Shown here one piece after another: positions 1 to 11,441 of a stretch of 64,000 nucleotides of DNA (position 1 is the first letter of the stretch; every line of letters starts with the position of its first letter). Source of the stretch: Pseudomonadota bacterium (GTDB lineage: Bacteria > Pseudomonadota > Alphaproteobacteria > Dongiales > Dongiaceae); contig JBMONF010000029.1 in assembly GCA_049323455.1 (NCBI GenBank), forward strand, positions 3,029-67,028, given 5' to 3'. Made by a program: the position numbers and the translations under genes. Under the pieces are notes generated by a model. It ran no database searches. It worked only from the letters and a program-made list of their open reading frames with translations, and was not told the DNA's origin.

Positions 1-380
1 TTGCCGATCGCATCCAGTCGATCTGCGAGGGAATGGTGCTGGTCGGCCACAATATCGGCTTCGACATCGCCATGATCGAGCGCGAGATGAGCCTCATCGG
101 GCGCGACTGGCCGCGGCCGGTGGCGCTCGACACGCTCAATCTCTATGCCGCCCTGCGGCCCGAAGCGCAAAAGCTCGATCTGGAGGCGGTTGCGGCCGAT
201 CTCGGGGTCGAGGTGCGCGGCCGGCACACCGCGCTGGGCGACGCGCTCATGACAGCCGAGATCTTCCGGCGGATGATGCCCTCGCTCGCGGATGCGGGCG
301 TGTCCAACCTCGCCGGGGCGATCGCCTTCGGTCTCAGGCCCAAGGAGGTCGTGCGCCGCCAGCGCGCCGCCGGCTGGTGA
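1..380 (+). CDS. 3'-5' exonuclease (DnaQ/DEDDh-like) domain protein, C-terminal part; the 5' end lies outside the window
   Basis: The frame is open from the window edge. The translation ..ADRIQSICEGMVLVGHNIGFDIAMI...GRHTALGDALMTAEIF carries ExoII-like (LVGHNxxFD) and ExoIII-like (HxAxxDA) motifs. Stop TGA at 378-380. Confidence 0.75.
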   Translation, partial: ADRIQSICEGMVLVGHNIGFDIAMIEREMSLIGRDWPRPVALDTLNLYAALRPEAQKLDLEAVAADLGVEVRGRHTALGDALMTAEIFRRMMPSLADAGVSNLAGAIAFGLRPKEVVRRQRAAGW

Positions 381-450
381 CGGGAAGCCGGCCTCGCCGG
401 GCGGGCGCGAGCGGGGGAACCGGGCCGAGGGCGGGGGCACGAGGCAGGGG

Positions 451-1899
451 ATGGAGCGGGATCTGATCGAACGGGTCGATGTCTTTCCCTACCGCCATCG
501 CGTGGGCGAGGCGATGTCGAGCCCGGCCGTCACGGCGCCGCCCGATGCCACCTTGGCCCAGGCCGCGCAGATGATGAGCGCGCACGCGGTCAGCTCGGTC
601 CTGATCGTCGACGATCTCGGCCGGCTCGTCGGCATCGTCACGGAGCACGATCTGGTCCGGGCCGTGGCGGAGGGCGGCGCTGCGGCGCTCGAACCGCGTC
701 TCGACACGATCATGGCAGGGCCGGTGGCGACCGTGCCCGCCGACGCCTTCCTCTATTCGGCGCTGGCCCGCATGGCGCGCAGGCGCCTTCGCCAGCTGGC
801 CGTGCTCGATCCGGCGAGCGGCCGGCTGGTCGGCGTCATCAGCGCGGGCGCACTGCTCAAGGAGCGCGCCAACCAGGCGCTCATGCTGGGCGACGAGATC
901 GCGGAGGCCGGGAGCGGCGCCGACATGGCAGAGGTCCGCGCCCGGTTGCCGGCGCTGGCCCGGGCGCTCCTGGCCGAGAAGCTGTCGGCGCTCGACGCCG
1001 CCGCCGTCTTGAGCGCCGTGCTGCGCGACATGAGCGCGCGGGCGGCGGAGCTGGCGGCCGAGGCCATGCGCGCCGCGGGCAAGGGCGAGGCGCCTGCCGC
1101 CTGGTGCTATCTCGTGCTGGGCTCGGGCGGGCGCGGCGAGAGCCTGCTGGCGGCCGACCAGGACAACGCGCTCGTGCATGCGGGCCGCGAGAAGGAGGAC
1201 GACGCTTGGTTCGCCGAGCTGGGCCGGCGCGCCTCCGACACGCTCAACGAAGCCGGCATTCGCTATTGCCGGGGCAAGGTCATGGCGTCGGAGCCGAGCT
1301 GTCGGCACAGCCTGGTCGGCTGGCGCGCCCAGATCGAGCGCTGGGCCACCAATCCCGACGAGGGGGCGCTGCTGTCGGTCGACATCTTCTTCGATTTCGA
1401 GCCCGTCTTCGGCGACCGCGAGCTGGCCCGGCGCCTGCGCGACATGGCCCTGTCGACGGCCCGCCGGGCGCCGCTGCTGCTGGGACGGCTCGCCGGCCAG
1501 CTCGCGGAACGCGAGACGGTCTTGAACATCTTCGGCGGCTTCCGCACCGAGGCCGGGCGCATCGACCTCAAGCGCGGCGGGCTGCTGCAGCTCACCGCGG
1601 GCGCCCGCCTGCTGGCGCTCCGGCGCGGGGAGGCCGCGACCCAGACGCCGGCGCGGCTTGCGGCCGCCGCCAAGGCCGGCCTCCTCAACGAGAGCGATTT
1701 GGCCGGCCTGCTCGACGCGCAGGAGCTGATCCTGCGCGCCATCCTCGAGCAGCAGATCATCGATCTGGAGGCCGGGCGCGAGCCCTCGGCCAAGGTCGAG
1801 GTGAAGCGCTTCACGCGCTTCGAGCGCCGGCGCCTCAAGGAGGCGTTGCGGCTGGTCGACGTCATGGACCTGATCGTCCGGAACGCGATCGCGGTCTGA
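451..1899 (+). CDS. CBS-pair plus DUF294-type putative nucleotidyltransferase protein
   Basis: ATG at 451 (MERDLIERV...). There are two CBS-like units (AVSSVLIVDDLGRLVGIVTEHDLVRA; QLAVLDPASGRLVGVISAGALL), then the NTase motif GSGGRGESLLAADQDNALV and a C-terminal helical substrate-binding-like region. The 292-450 extension in the ORF track is Arg/Gly-rich noise. Confidence 0.75.
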   Translation: MERDLIERVDVFPYRHRVGEAMSSPAVTAPPDATLAQAAQMMSAHAVSSVLIVDDLGRLVGIVTEHDLVRAVAEGGAAALEPRLDTIMAGPVATVPADAFLYSALARMARRRLRQLAVLDPASGRLVGVISAGALLKERANQALMLGDEIAEAGSGADMAEVRARLPALARALLAEKLSALDAAAVLSAVLRDMSARAAELAAEAMRAAGKGEAPAAWCYLVLGSGGRGESLLAADQDNALVHAGREKEDDAWFAELGRRASDTLNEAGIRYCRGKVMASEPSCRHSLVGWRAQIERWATNPDEGALLSVDIFFDFEPVFGDRELARRLRDMALSTARRAPLLLGRLAGQLAERETVLNIFGGFRTEAGRIDLKRGGLLQLTAGARLLALRRGEAATQTPARLAAAAKAGLLNESDLAGLLDAQELILRAILEQQIIDLEAGREPSAKVEVKRFTRFERRRLKEALRLVDVMDLIVRNAIAV

Positions 1900-2042
1900 G
1901 ACGCCGGCAGTCGGCCTCTGCCTGCCCCGTGGCAAACGCCATCCATCCGGCCAGGCCCGAGCGCCCATCGACATGGCGGTTGGCCTCGAGGCCCGCTTTG
2001 CGATAAAAGGCGCCCGTCCAAAACCGAAGGAAACCGACCGCA

Positions 2043-3725
<1,683 letters not shown>

Positions 3726-3726
3726 A

Positions 3727-3816
3727 AACCAGAAGCCAGAAGTCAGAAACCAGAATCCGGAAGCCGGAGGAGCGGCGCATCAATGTGCAGCCGCGCCTTC
3801 TGGATTCTGGTTTCTG
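3727..3816. terminator. Heptamer-repeat hairpin in the convergent ettA/mlaC intergenic region (putative bidirectional terminator or REP-like element)
   Basis: Six tandem 7-mers (aaccaga agccaga agtcaga aaccaga atccgga agccgga) span 3727-3768. The arm 3744-3763 pairs with 3797-3816 (20 bp, one G-T position) around a 33-nt loop. Confidence 0.5.
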
Positions 3817-3819
3817 AGC

Positions 3820-4434
3820 TCAGCCTGCGCCGAGCTGATCCACCTTCTTGCGCAGGGCGTCGATGAGGCCGGAGATCTTGCCGCCCGAGTTCTGGATCAC
3901 CGAGGCGAACTCGGAACGGTGGGTCTCGCTCATGCTGATGCCCTCGACCTTGACGTCGAGGATCTTGTAGCTGTCGTCCTCCGCGCGCAGCACCCAGTCG
4001 AGCCGGGCGAGCTCGCCCGAGGGGCGCTTGATCTCGGTAAAGACGGTCTTCTGGTCGCCGTCGTCGCGCACCGACTTCACCACGAACTGCTCGCCCGCAT
4101 ATTGAGCGAAGCGCTGCGCGTAGTTCGCGACCAGGAACTCCTCGAACAGCTTCAGATATTCCTGCCGCTCCTCGGGCGTCGCCGTGCGCCAATAACGCCC
4201 GAGCACGGTCTTGCCGATGGCCGGCACGTCGAAATTGGCCAACAGAAGCGTGCGGAACCGGTGGGCGCGCTCGCTGCTCGAGAGATCGCTGCCCGTCAGG
4301 GTCTGGATCGCCTGATTGCCGAGGTTGCGAACGAATTCGACCGGATCGCCGGCCGCGGCGGCCGGCCGGCCCGCGAGGCCGGCGGCAAGCAGAGCGGCAG
4401 CGGCCGCGAGGACGGCGCGACGCGTGATCATCAC
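3820..4434 (-). CDS. mlaC: MlaC/Ttg2D-family periplasmic phospholipid-binding protein
   Basis: 204 aa with a signal peptide (RRAVLAAAAALLAAGLAG) and motifs typical of the toluene-tolerance Ttg2D family (FDVPAIGKTVLGRYWR..., YKILDVKVEGISM). The start is GTG 4434 or ATG 4431. It lies 15 nt downstream of mlaA. Confidence 0.7.
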   Translation of the reverse strand: MMITRRAVLAAAAALLAAGLAGRPAAAAGDPVEFVRNLGNQAIQTLTGSDLSSSERAHRFRTLLLANFDVPAIGKTVLGRYWRTATPEERQEYLKLFEEFLVANYAQRFAQYAGEQFVVKSVRDDGDQKTVFTEIKRPSGELARLDWVLRAEDDSYKILDVKVEGISMSETHRSEFASVIQNSGGKISGLIDALRKKVDQLGAG

Positions 4435-4449
4435 CTTGCTCGCGCCTCC

Positions 4450-5244
4450 CTACGGGGCCTCGGAGGTTTGCGGTTCGTCCTGCAGGAAATCGAGGACCGA
4501 CACTTCGTCCGCGGGTTCGCCGTTGCGGATCGCGTCATTGCGGTGCTGACGATAAAGGCTGCGCATCGTCGCGTAATAGTCAATCGCGCCCTTCTTGATC
4601 TCGTCAAGCGACTTCAGGTTGCGGGCGCGGGTATCGACGGCGTCGAGGCCGGCGCGCACATAGAGCAGACCGCCGAGGTCGTGGTCCGGCAGGATATAGG
4701 TGAGCGGGTCCATGAACATGTCGGCGACACGGCCGACGGCATCACGCGGATTGGAGGGGCCGAGGACCGGCAGCACCAGATAGGGACCTTCGGGCGAGCC
4801 CCAGACCGCCAGCGTCTGGCCGAAATCCTCGTCGTGATATCTGAGGCCCATCTCGCTCGCCACGTCGATCAGACCGGCGAGGCCCAGCGTGCTGTTGATG
4901 GCGAAGCGCGCCAGCGTGATGCCCGCGCGCTCGAACTCTCCCTGGAACATGTCGTTGCCGAAGATGACCGGCGTCTGGAGATTGTTGAGGGCGTTGCGGA
5001 TGCCGTCCTGCGCGAAATTCGGCAGCGCGATGTAGTACCAGCCGGCGAACGGCTTCATCACCAGCTCGTCGAGCGCGTCGTTCAAGCTGAAGAAATAACG
5101 GTTCATCGGCTCGAGCGGGTCGTTGCGCTCCTTATAAGCGGCGAGCTCTTCCGGGTCCGTCGGAACCTCGGCGCAGCCGCCAACGACCGTCAGCAGCGCC
5201 AGGCCGGTCGCCGCCACCACTGATTTCCACTCACCGCGCCGCAT
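4450..5244 (-). CDS. mlaA: MlaA/VacJ outer-membrane lipoprotein
   Basis: ATG at 5244 gives MRRGEWKSVVAATGLALLTVVGGC (lipobox). Conserved VacJ core: DPLEPMNR..F.FN...D....KP.A..Y......F...G..N...NL..P......D. The longer ORF-track start (5364) is unlikely. Confidence 0.8.
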   Translation of the reverse strand: MRRGEWKSVVAATGLALLTVVGGCAEVPTDPEELAAYKERNDPLEPMNRYFFSLNDALDELVMKPFAGWYYIALPNFAQDGIRNALNNLQTPVIFGNDMFQGEFERAGITLARFAINSTLGLAGLIDVASEMGLRYHDEDFGQTLAVWGSPEGPYLVLPVLGPSNPRDAVGRVADMFMDPLTYILPDHDLGGLLYVRAGLDAVDTRARNLKSLDEIKKGAIDYYATMRSLYRQHRNDAIRNGEPADEVSVLDFLQDEPQTSEAP

Positions 5245-5695
5245 GAACGCCGATCCCCTGACTTCCACGCCCAATTGCCGTTGCGGGTTACGCTCCGATC
5301 GATCGAGCGGCGAAGCACTCACACGCACGAGGGTGTTTCCCTCGATTATGCTCTTCCCTCGCACCGACCATCGCGGCGTCCCCCAAGCAAGGGTGGCATT
5401 TTTCCGTTAAAGCACTCTGTATAAACGGCCGTCGCGGGGCCCCAACCCCCGATACGACGGCCGCCTGTCTTTGTTTCGGTAACCATACTATGCCAAGCGA
5501 GATCGCCGGGCTAGGGCCATCCGTGCCTTTCCCAGCACGACTGTGGCGAAAATGCCTCAGTAGATTGTGACCCGCTTCACTTCCAGGGTCTCCGGCGGCG
5601 TTGCCCTCCCGGCATTACGCCTGGGCCGGCTTGCCCATCCCGGGTGACGCGCCCCCTTGGGCTAGCCCCTTGTGGCCACGGGGAACAGGGCGAAA

Positions 5696-6688
5696 TCAGG
5701 CAAGCGACTCGGCATGGTGGCAGGCGACCAGGCGCCCATCGAACGGGCGCGATTCGGGCCGCTCGCGGGCGCAGCGCTCCGTCGCATAGGGGCAGCGGCG
5801 ATGGAAGGCGCAGCCCGGCGGCGGGTCGAGCGGTGAGGGCAGCTCGCCCTTGATCGGCATCCGCACCTTGCGGTGGGCGGGATCCACCGTGGGCGTGCTC
5901 GCCAGGAGCGCCCGGGTATAAGGGTGGCGCGGGCGCTCGAAGATGGCGTCGCGCGCACCCTGCTCCACGGGGCGGCCCAGATACATCACCATGATCTCGT
6001 CGGCGATGTGCCGGACCACGCCCAGATCGTGCGAGATGAAGAGATAGGCCAGGTTGAACTCGGCCTGGAGATCCATCATCAGGTTCAGGACCTGGGCGCG
6101 GATCGAGACGTCGAGTGCCGAGACCGGCTCGTCGGCCACCACCAGCTTGGGCCGCAGCATGAGCGCGCGCGCGATCGCGATGCGCTGGCGCTGGCCGCCC
6201 GAGAACATGTGCGGATAGCGCGTATAGTGCTCGGGCCGGAGGCCCACCTTGGCCATCATCGCCTGCGCCGCCTCGCGCCGCGCCTTGGCGTCGAGCGCGG
6301 TGTTGATGACGAGCGGCTCCTCCAGGATGGTGCCCACCTGCTTGCGCGGGTTGAGCGAGGCGAAGGGGTTCTGGAACACCATCTGGACCACGGGCCTGAG
6401 CCGCTTGAGCTCGTCGGGACCGGCCTTCTCCACCGCCGTGCCGTCGATCAGGAGCTCGCCCGACGTCGGCCGCTCGATCATGGTCACCATGCGGGCGAGC
6501 GTGGACTTGCCGCAGCCCGATTCGCCGACAACCGCCAGCGTCCGCCCCCGCTCGACCGTGAAGCTCGCTCCGGCCACGGCCTTGAGGAGGCGGCCGCCGC
6601 GGAACAGGCCGCCGCCCACGACATAATCGCGCGTGATGTCCCTGGCCTCGACCAGGGCGGTGCCGGCGGCCCGTCGCGCCTCGCTCAT
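5696..6688 (-). CDS. dppF: Dipeptide ABC transporter ATP-binding protein DppF
   Basis: ATG at 6688 overlaps the dppD stop (ATGA). Walker [10 protein letters not shown], signature [15 protein letters not shown], and an oligopeptide-type C-terminal domain (HPYTRALL...C.F..RCP). Confidence 0.85.
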   Translation of the reverse strand: MSEARRAAGTALVEARDITRDYVVGGGLFRGGRLLKAVAGASFTVERGRTLAVVGESGCGKSTLARMVTMIERPTSGELLIDGTAVEKAGPDELKRLRPVVQMVFQNPFASLNPRKQVGTILEEPLVINTALDAKARREAAQAMMAKVGLRPEHYTRYPHMFSGGQRQRIAIARALMLRPKLVVADEPVSALDVSIRAQVLNLMMDLQAEFNLAYLFISHDLGVVRHIADEIMVMYLGRPVEQGARDAIFERPRHPYTRALLASTPTVDPAHRKVRMPIKGELPSPLDPPPGCAFHRRCPYATERCARERPESRPFDGRLVACHHAESLA

Positions 6689-7662
6689 GCGCCGGCTCCA
6701 TCCGGCAGCGGGAAGTGGCAGCGCACGCGGCCCGCCGCGATGTCGCCTTCCAGACGCGGCATTTCGCGCACGCAGCGCTCCTGCGCATAGCGGCAGCGCG
6801 GATGAAACAGGCAGCCTTGCGGCCGGTCGTCGATGCCGGGCACGACGCCGGGAATGGTCGAAAGCCGGCTCTTGACGGCGCTGCGCTCGGGCAGCGCGTC
6901 GAGCAATGCCGCGGTATAGGGATGGCGCGGCCGGGCGAACAGGCGATCGACCGGCTGTTCCTCGACCTGCTGGCCGGCATACATGACCATGACCCGTCGG
7001 GCGGTCTCGGCCACCACGCCCATGTCGTGGGTGATGAGCACCAGCGCCATGCCGCGTTGGCGCTGCAGTTCGAGCAGGAGCTGCAGGATCTGGGCCTGGA
7101 TGGTGACGTCGAGCGCGGTGGTCGGCTCGTCGGCGATCAGGAGCCTGGGGTTGCAAGCGATCGCCATGGCGATCATGACGCGCTGGTTCATGCCGCCGGA
7201 GAGCTGATGGGGAAAGGCGGAGAGGCGGGTTTCGGGCGCCGGGATGCCGACTTGGCCCAGGAGCTCGATCGCGCGGCGCTGGCGCTCGGCGCGCGTCCCG
7301 CCCTCGTGCACCTTGAGCGTCTCCATGATCTGGAAGCCCACGGTGAAGCAGGGATTGAGGCTCGTGATCGGCTCCTGGAACACCATGGCGATGTCCTTGC
7401 CGACGATGCGCCGGCGCTGGGCCGGCGAGAGCGTCAACAGGTCGCGGCCGGCGAAGCTCATGCGCTCGGCCGTGACGCGGCCGGGCCAGGCGATCAGGCC
7501 CATGAGCGCCAGCATCGACACGCTCTTGCCCGAGCCCGATTCGCCGACGATGCCGAGCACCTCGCCTTCCTCGACCGTGAGATCGACGCCGTCCACGGCG
7601 CGAAAGGCCCCGCGGTGGGTCTGGAACGCGACGGCGAGGTTGCGGATCTCGAGGAGCGGCAT
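6685..7662 (-). CDS. dppD: Dipeptide ABC transporter ATP-binding protein DppD
   Basis: 325 aa. [13 protein letters not shown]..., Walker [10 protein letters not shown], signature [22 protein letters not shown] motif. Confidence 0.85.
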   Translation of the reverse strand: MPLLEIRNLAVAFQTHRGAFRAVDGVDLTVEEGEVLGIVGESGSGKSVSMLALMGLIAWPGRVTAERMSFAGRDLLTLSPAQRRRIVGKDIAMVFQEPITSLNPCFTVGFQIMETLKVHEGGTRAERQRRAIELLGQVGIPAPETRLSAFPHQLSGGMNQRVMIAMAIACNPRLLIADEPTTALDVTIQAQILQLLLELQRQRGMALVLITHDMGVVAETARRVMVMYAGQQVEEQPVDRLFARPRHPYTAALLDALPERSAVKSRLSTIPGVVPGIDDRPQGCLFHPRCRYAQERCVREMPRLEGDIAAGRVRCHFPLPDGAGA

Positions 7663-7711
7663 CTGAAACGACCCGGACCCTAACGCAATTTCGGTTTGAT
7701 TCGATGCACCT

Positions 7712-7809
7712 CCCCCTCACCCAGCTTCGGGTGAGGCTCGGCTCTTGCCTCGCCGACCCTTCGCAACCCTCTCCCCCGACAAGTTGGGGGAGAGGGAAGG
7801 GTGAGGGGG
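7712..7809. repeat. Nested C-run/G-run palindromic element (family 1) in the dppC-dppD intergenic spacer
   Basis: The terminal inverted repeat CCCCCTCACCC (7712-7722) / GGGTGAGGGGG (7799-7809) is a perfect 11 bp. The inner hairpin is CCCTCTCCCCC-gacaagtt-GGGGGAGAGGG. Related copies lie at 58314-58395 and 60149-60240. Confidence 0.6.
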
Positions 7810-7838
7810 TATGCCAATCTGCTCGCCATGAAGCTGCG

Positions 7839-8750
7839 TCAGCGCTTGAGCTTGGGGTCGAGCGCATCCCGGAGCCCGTCGCCCATCAGATTGAAGGCCA
7901 GCACGGTGACCAGGATGGCGAGGCCCGGAAAGGTCACGACCCACCAGGCGCTTTGCACGAATTCGCGCGCGTTGGCCAGCATGGTGCCCCACTCGGGCGT
8001 CGGCGGCTGGGCGCCCAAGCCCAGGAAGCCCAGTGCGGCCGCGTCGAGAATGGCGGAGGAGAAGTTCAGCGTCGCCAGCACGATCAGCGGCGCCAGGCAG
8101 TTGGGCAGCACCGTGATGAACATCAGGCGCAGGCGTCCCGCACCGGCGACGCGCGAGGCCGTCACATACTCCTTCGTGACCTCGGTGATGACGGACGCGC
8201 GCGCGACCCGGGTGAAGTGAGGCAGGTAGGTGATGGCGACCGCGATCATGGCGTTGGTCAGGCTCGGACCCAGGATCGCGACGATCACGATCGCGAGCAA
8301 CAGCGAGGGGATCGCCAGCATGATATCCATGAGCCGCATGACCAGCTCCTCGACGACGCCGCGGAAATAGCCGGCGAGGAGGCCGAGCAGGACACCGAGG
8401 CTGAGCGAAAGCGTGATGACGATGCAGCCGATCAGCAGCGAATAGCGGGCGCCGTGGATCAGCCGCGAGAGGATGTCGCGCCCGACGTCGTCGGTGCCCA
8501 GCAGAAACTCGGCCCGGCCTCCCTCCATCCAGGCCGGCGGAGCGAGGAAGGCGTCGCGATACTGCTCGATCGGCGAGTGCGGCGCCACGAGGTCGGCGAA
8601 CACCGCCATCAGGACCACCGCCACCACCACGACCAGGCCCACGAGCGCGCCCTTGTTCTCGCAGAAGGACAGCCACAGCGCCTTGGCCGGATGAAGCGGG
8701 CGGCGGCCGCCATCGGCGGTCAGGGTGCGTGGCTCGATGGCGGCGCTCAT
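7839..8750 (-). CDS. dppC: Dipeptide ABC transporter permease DppC
   Basis: 303 aa, multi-TM, BPD-transport signature (..YVTASRVAGAGRLRLMFITVLPN..). Sits between dppD and dppB. Confidence 0.85.
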   Translation of the reverse strand: MSAAIEPRTLTADGGRRPLHPAKALWLSFCENKGALVGLVVVVAVVLMAVFADLVAPHSPIEQYRDAFLAPPAWMEGGRAEFLLGTDDVGRDILSRLIHGARYSLLIGCIVITLSLSLGVLLGLLAGYFRGVVEELVMRLMDIMLAIPSLLLAIVIVAILGPSLTNAMIAVAITYLPHFTRVARASVITEVTKEYVTASRVAGAGRLRLMFITVLPNCLAPLIVLATLNFSSAILDAAALGFLGLGAQPPTPEWGTMLANAREFVQSAWWVVTFPGLAILVTVLAFNLMGDGLRDALDPKLKR

Positions 8751-8757
8751 GGCGTCA

Positions 8758-9765
8758 TCATGCGTGGCGGATGCGCGGGTTGATCAGCCCGTAGAGCAGG
8801 TCTACGGAGAGATTGACCAGCATGATGACGATGGCGACCAGCAGCACGCCCCCCTGAACGGACGGGTAGTCGCGCCGGCTGATGGAATCGACGAGCCACT
8901 TGCCGATGCCGGGCCAGGAGAAGATCGTCTCGGTCAGGATCGCGCCGGCCAGCAGCACGCCGGTCTGGAGCCCGATCACGGTCACGACCGGGATGAGGGC
9001 GTTGCGCAGCGCGTGGACCGCGACCACGCGCCGCGGCGAGAGGCCTTTGGCGCGGGCGGTCCGGATATAGTCCTCGCCCAGCACTTCGAGCATCGCGGAG
9101 CGCGTCATGCGCGCGATCACGGCGAGCGGAATGGTGCCGAGCACGATCGACGGCAGCACCAGATGGTGCAGCGCGTCGAGAAACGCCCCCTCCTGATCGG
9201 AGAGCAGGGTATCGATCAGCATGAAACGGGTGACCGGCGTGATGAAATAGACGAAATCGAGGCGCCCCGACACCGGCGTCCAGCCGAGATTGACGGAGAA
9301 CAAGATGATGAGAAGCAGTCCCCACCAGAAGATCGGCATCGAATAGCCGGTCAGCGACAGCGCCATGACGCTGTGATCGGCGAAGCGCCCCCGGCGGGTG
9401 CCGGCGAGAATGCCGACCGGCAAGCCGACGGCGACGGCGAACAGCATGGCGCAGATCGCCAGCTCCACGGTCGCCGGGAACAGCTGGAGGAACTCGGAGA
9501 GGACCGGCTTCTTCGTGACGAAGGACTTGCCGAGATCGCCTTGCAGCACGTCCCCGATATAGAGAACGTACTGTTCGAGCAGCGGCCGATCGAAGCCGAA
9601 CTGATGCATCAGGGCGGCATGGCGATCGGGATCGATCCCGCGCTCGCCCGCCATGATCTCGATCGGATCGCCCGGGATCAGCCGGATCATGGCGAAGGTC
9701 AGGAGCGTGACGCCGAAGAAGGTCGGAATCAGCCCCGCCAGTTTCGTGAGCAGAAATCGCAGCAT
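8758..9765 (-). CDS. dppB: Dipeptide ABC transporter permease DppB
   Basis: 335 aa. MLRFLLTKLAGLIPTFFGVTLLTFAMIRLIPGDP is a typical DppB/OppB N-terminus. EAA-like loop DYIRTARAKGLS. Confidence 0.85.
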   Translation of the reverse strand: MLRFLLTKLAGLIPTFFGVTLLTFAMIRLIPGDPIEIMAGERGIDPDRHAALMHQFGFDRPLLEQYVLYIGDVLQGDLGKSFVTKKPVLSEFLQLFPATVELAICAMLFAVAVGLPVGILAGTRRGRFADHSVMALSLTGYSMPIFWWGLLLIILFSVNLGWTPVSGRLDFVYFITPVTRFMLIDTLLSDQEGAFLDALHHLVLPSIVLGTIPLAVIARMTRSAMLEVLGEDYIRTARAKGLSPRRVVAVHALRNALIPVVTVIGLQTGVLLAGAILTETIFSWPGIGKWLVDSISRRDYPSVQGGVLLVAIVIMLVNLSVDLLYGLINPRIRHA

Positions 9766-9845
9766 CGCGAGAAGCGCAAAGGACGGGAGAGGTCCGCGGG
9801 GCGGACCTCTCCCGTCGCTCCGAGCCTATATCGTCCGCCGCCGGC

Positions 9846-11441
9846 TTACTGGATGTCCACCGTGTAGAACTGGTGGGTTCCCAGCGGGTCCATGATATAG
9901 CCGGTCACGTTCTTGCGCATCGGCATGTACACGACCGAGTGCGCGACCGTGACCCAGGGCGCCTCGTCCTTGAAGATCACCTGTGCCTGCTTGTAGAGCT
10001 CGGTGCGCTTGACGATGTCGGCGGTGCGCTTGGCTTCGGTGATCAGGTCGTCGAACGGCTTGTAGCACCAGCGCGCCCGGTTGCCGCCGCTCTTGGCCGC
10101 ATCACATCCCAGGAGCTGGTTGAGGAAGTTGTCCGGATCGCCGTTGTCGCCGGTCCAGCCCAGCAGCACGGTCTGATGCTCGCCCTTCTTCGAGCGGTCC
10201 AGATACTCGGCCCACTCGTAGGAGACGATCTTGGCCTTGACGCCGACCGCGGCCCAGTCGGCCTGGATCAGCTCCGCCATGCGCTGGGCGTTGGGGTTGT
10301 AAGGACGCTGGACCGGCATCGCCCAGATGTCGGTCTCGAAGCCGTCCTTGTACCCGGCCTGGGCCAAGAGCTCCTTCGCCTTGGCGGGGTCGTAAGCGTA
10401 GTCCTTCACGTCGTCGTTATAGGACCACATGGTGGGCGGGATCGGATTCTTGGCCGCCTGGCCCGCCCCCTGGAACACCGCGTCGAGAATCGCCTGCTTG
10501 TTGATGGCGTAGTTGAGCGCCTGACGGACCAGCTTGTTGTCGAAGGGCGTCTTCTCGGTGTTGAAGGCGAGATAGCCGACATTGAGCCCTTCCTGCTGCA
10601 TCACGGTGAGCGACGGATCGGCCTGCATCGCCTTGACGTCGGCCGGATTGGGATAGGGCATGATCTGGCATTCGCCGGCCTTCAGCTTGGCGTAGCGCAC
10701 GCTCGCATCCGGCGTGATGGCGAAGACGAGCTGGTCGATCTTGGCCTTGCCTTCCCAATAATCCGGATTTGCGGTGTAACGGATCGCCGCGTCCTTCTGG
10801 TAGTCGACCAGGATGAACGGGCCGGTGCCCGACGGGTTCTGGTCGAGCTCCTCGGGCTTGCCGGCCTTCATATAGGCGTCGGCCTGCTCCTTGGAGAAGA
10901 TCGAGGCGAAATCCATCGCGAGGTCGGCCAGGAACGGCGCTTCGGGCGCGTTGAGCGTGAAGCGCACCGTGTAATCGTCGAGCTTGTCGATGGATTTGAT
11001 GAGATCGGGCATGCCCATGCCCTCGAAGTACTCGTAGGTGCCGTTCGACACGGCGTGATACGGATGATCCTTCTTGAGCTGGCGCTCGAAGGAGAAGACC
11101 ACGTCGTCGGCGTTGAAGTCGCGCGTCGGCGTGAAGTCGGCCTTGTTGTGGAACTTCACGCCCTTGCGAAGATGGAAGGTGTAGACGAGCCCGTCGTCGG
11201 AAACATCCCAGCTCTCGGCGAGGCCCGGACGGATCTCGGTGGTGCCGAGCTTGAACTCGACCAGCCGGTTGAAGATGGTGCGCGACGAGGCGTCGAACGT
11301 CGTGCCGGCGGTGAAGAGCGCCGGGTTGAAGCCCTCCGGGCTGCCTTCCGAGCAATAGACCAGCGTCTTTGCTTCGGCCGCGGCCGTGAAGCCGGCGACG
11401 ATCGCCAGCGCCGCCACGGCAGCCATCAATTGACGTTTCAT
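9846..11441 (-). CDS. dppA: Periplasmic dipeptide-binding protein DppA
   Basis: ATG at 11441 gives MKRQLMAAVAALAIVAGFTAAAEA (signal peptide). The mature N-terminus KTLVYCSEGSPEGFNPALFTAGTTFDASS...LVEFKLGTTEI.PGLAESW closely parallels E. coli DppA as I recall it. Confidence 0.82.
   Translation of the reverse strand: MKRQLMAAVAALAIVAGFTAAAEAKTLVYCSEGSPEGFNPALFTAGTTFDASSRTIFNRLVEFKLGTTEIRPGLAESWDVSDDGLVYTFHLRKGVKFHNKADFTPTRDFNADDVVFSFERQLKKDHPYHAVSNGTYEYFEGMGMPDLIKSIDKLDDYTVRFTLNAPEAPFLADLAMDFASIFSKEQADAYMKAGKPEELDQNPSGTGPFILVDYQKDAAIRYTANPDYWEGKAKIDQLVFAITPDASVRYAKLKAGECQIMPYPNPADVKAMQADPSLTVMQQEGLNVGYLAFNTEKTPFDNKLVRQALNYAINKQAILDAVFQGAGQAAKNPIPPTMWSYNDDVKDYAYDPAKAKELLAQAGYKDGFETDIWAMPVQRPYNPNAQRMAELIQADWAAVGVKAKIVSYEWAEYLDRSKKGEHQTVLLGWTGDNGDPDNFLNQLLGCDAAKSGGNRARWCYKPFDDLITEAKRTADIVKRTELYKQAQVIFKDEAPWVTVAHSVVYMPMRKNVTGYIMDPLGTHQFYTVDIQ

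Noticed and set aside
3727-3768. Tandem heptamers considered as a CRISPR-like or minisatellite array.
   Set aside because: The units are only 7 bp with no spacers, so this is not a CRISPR array. It is reported as a repeat-built hairpin instead.
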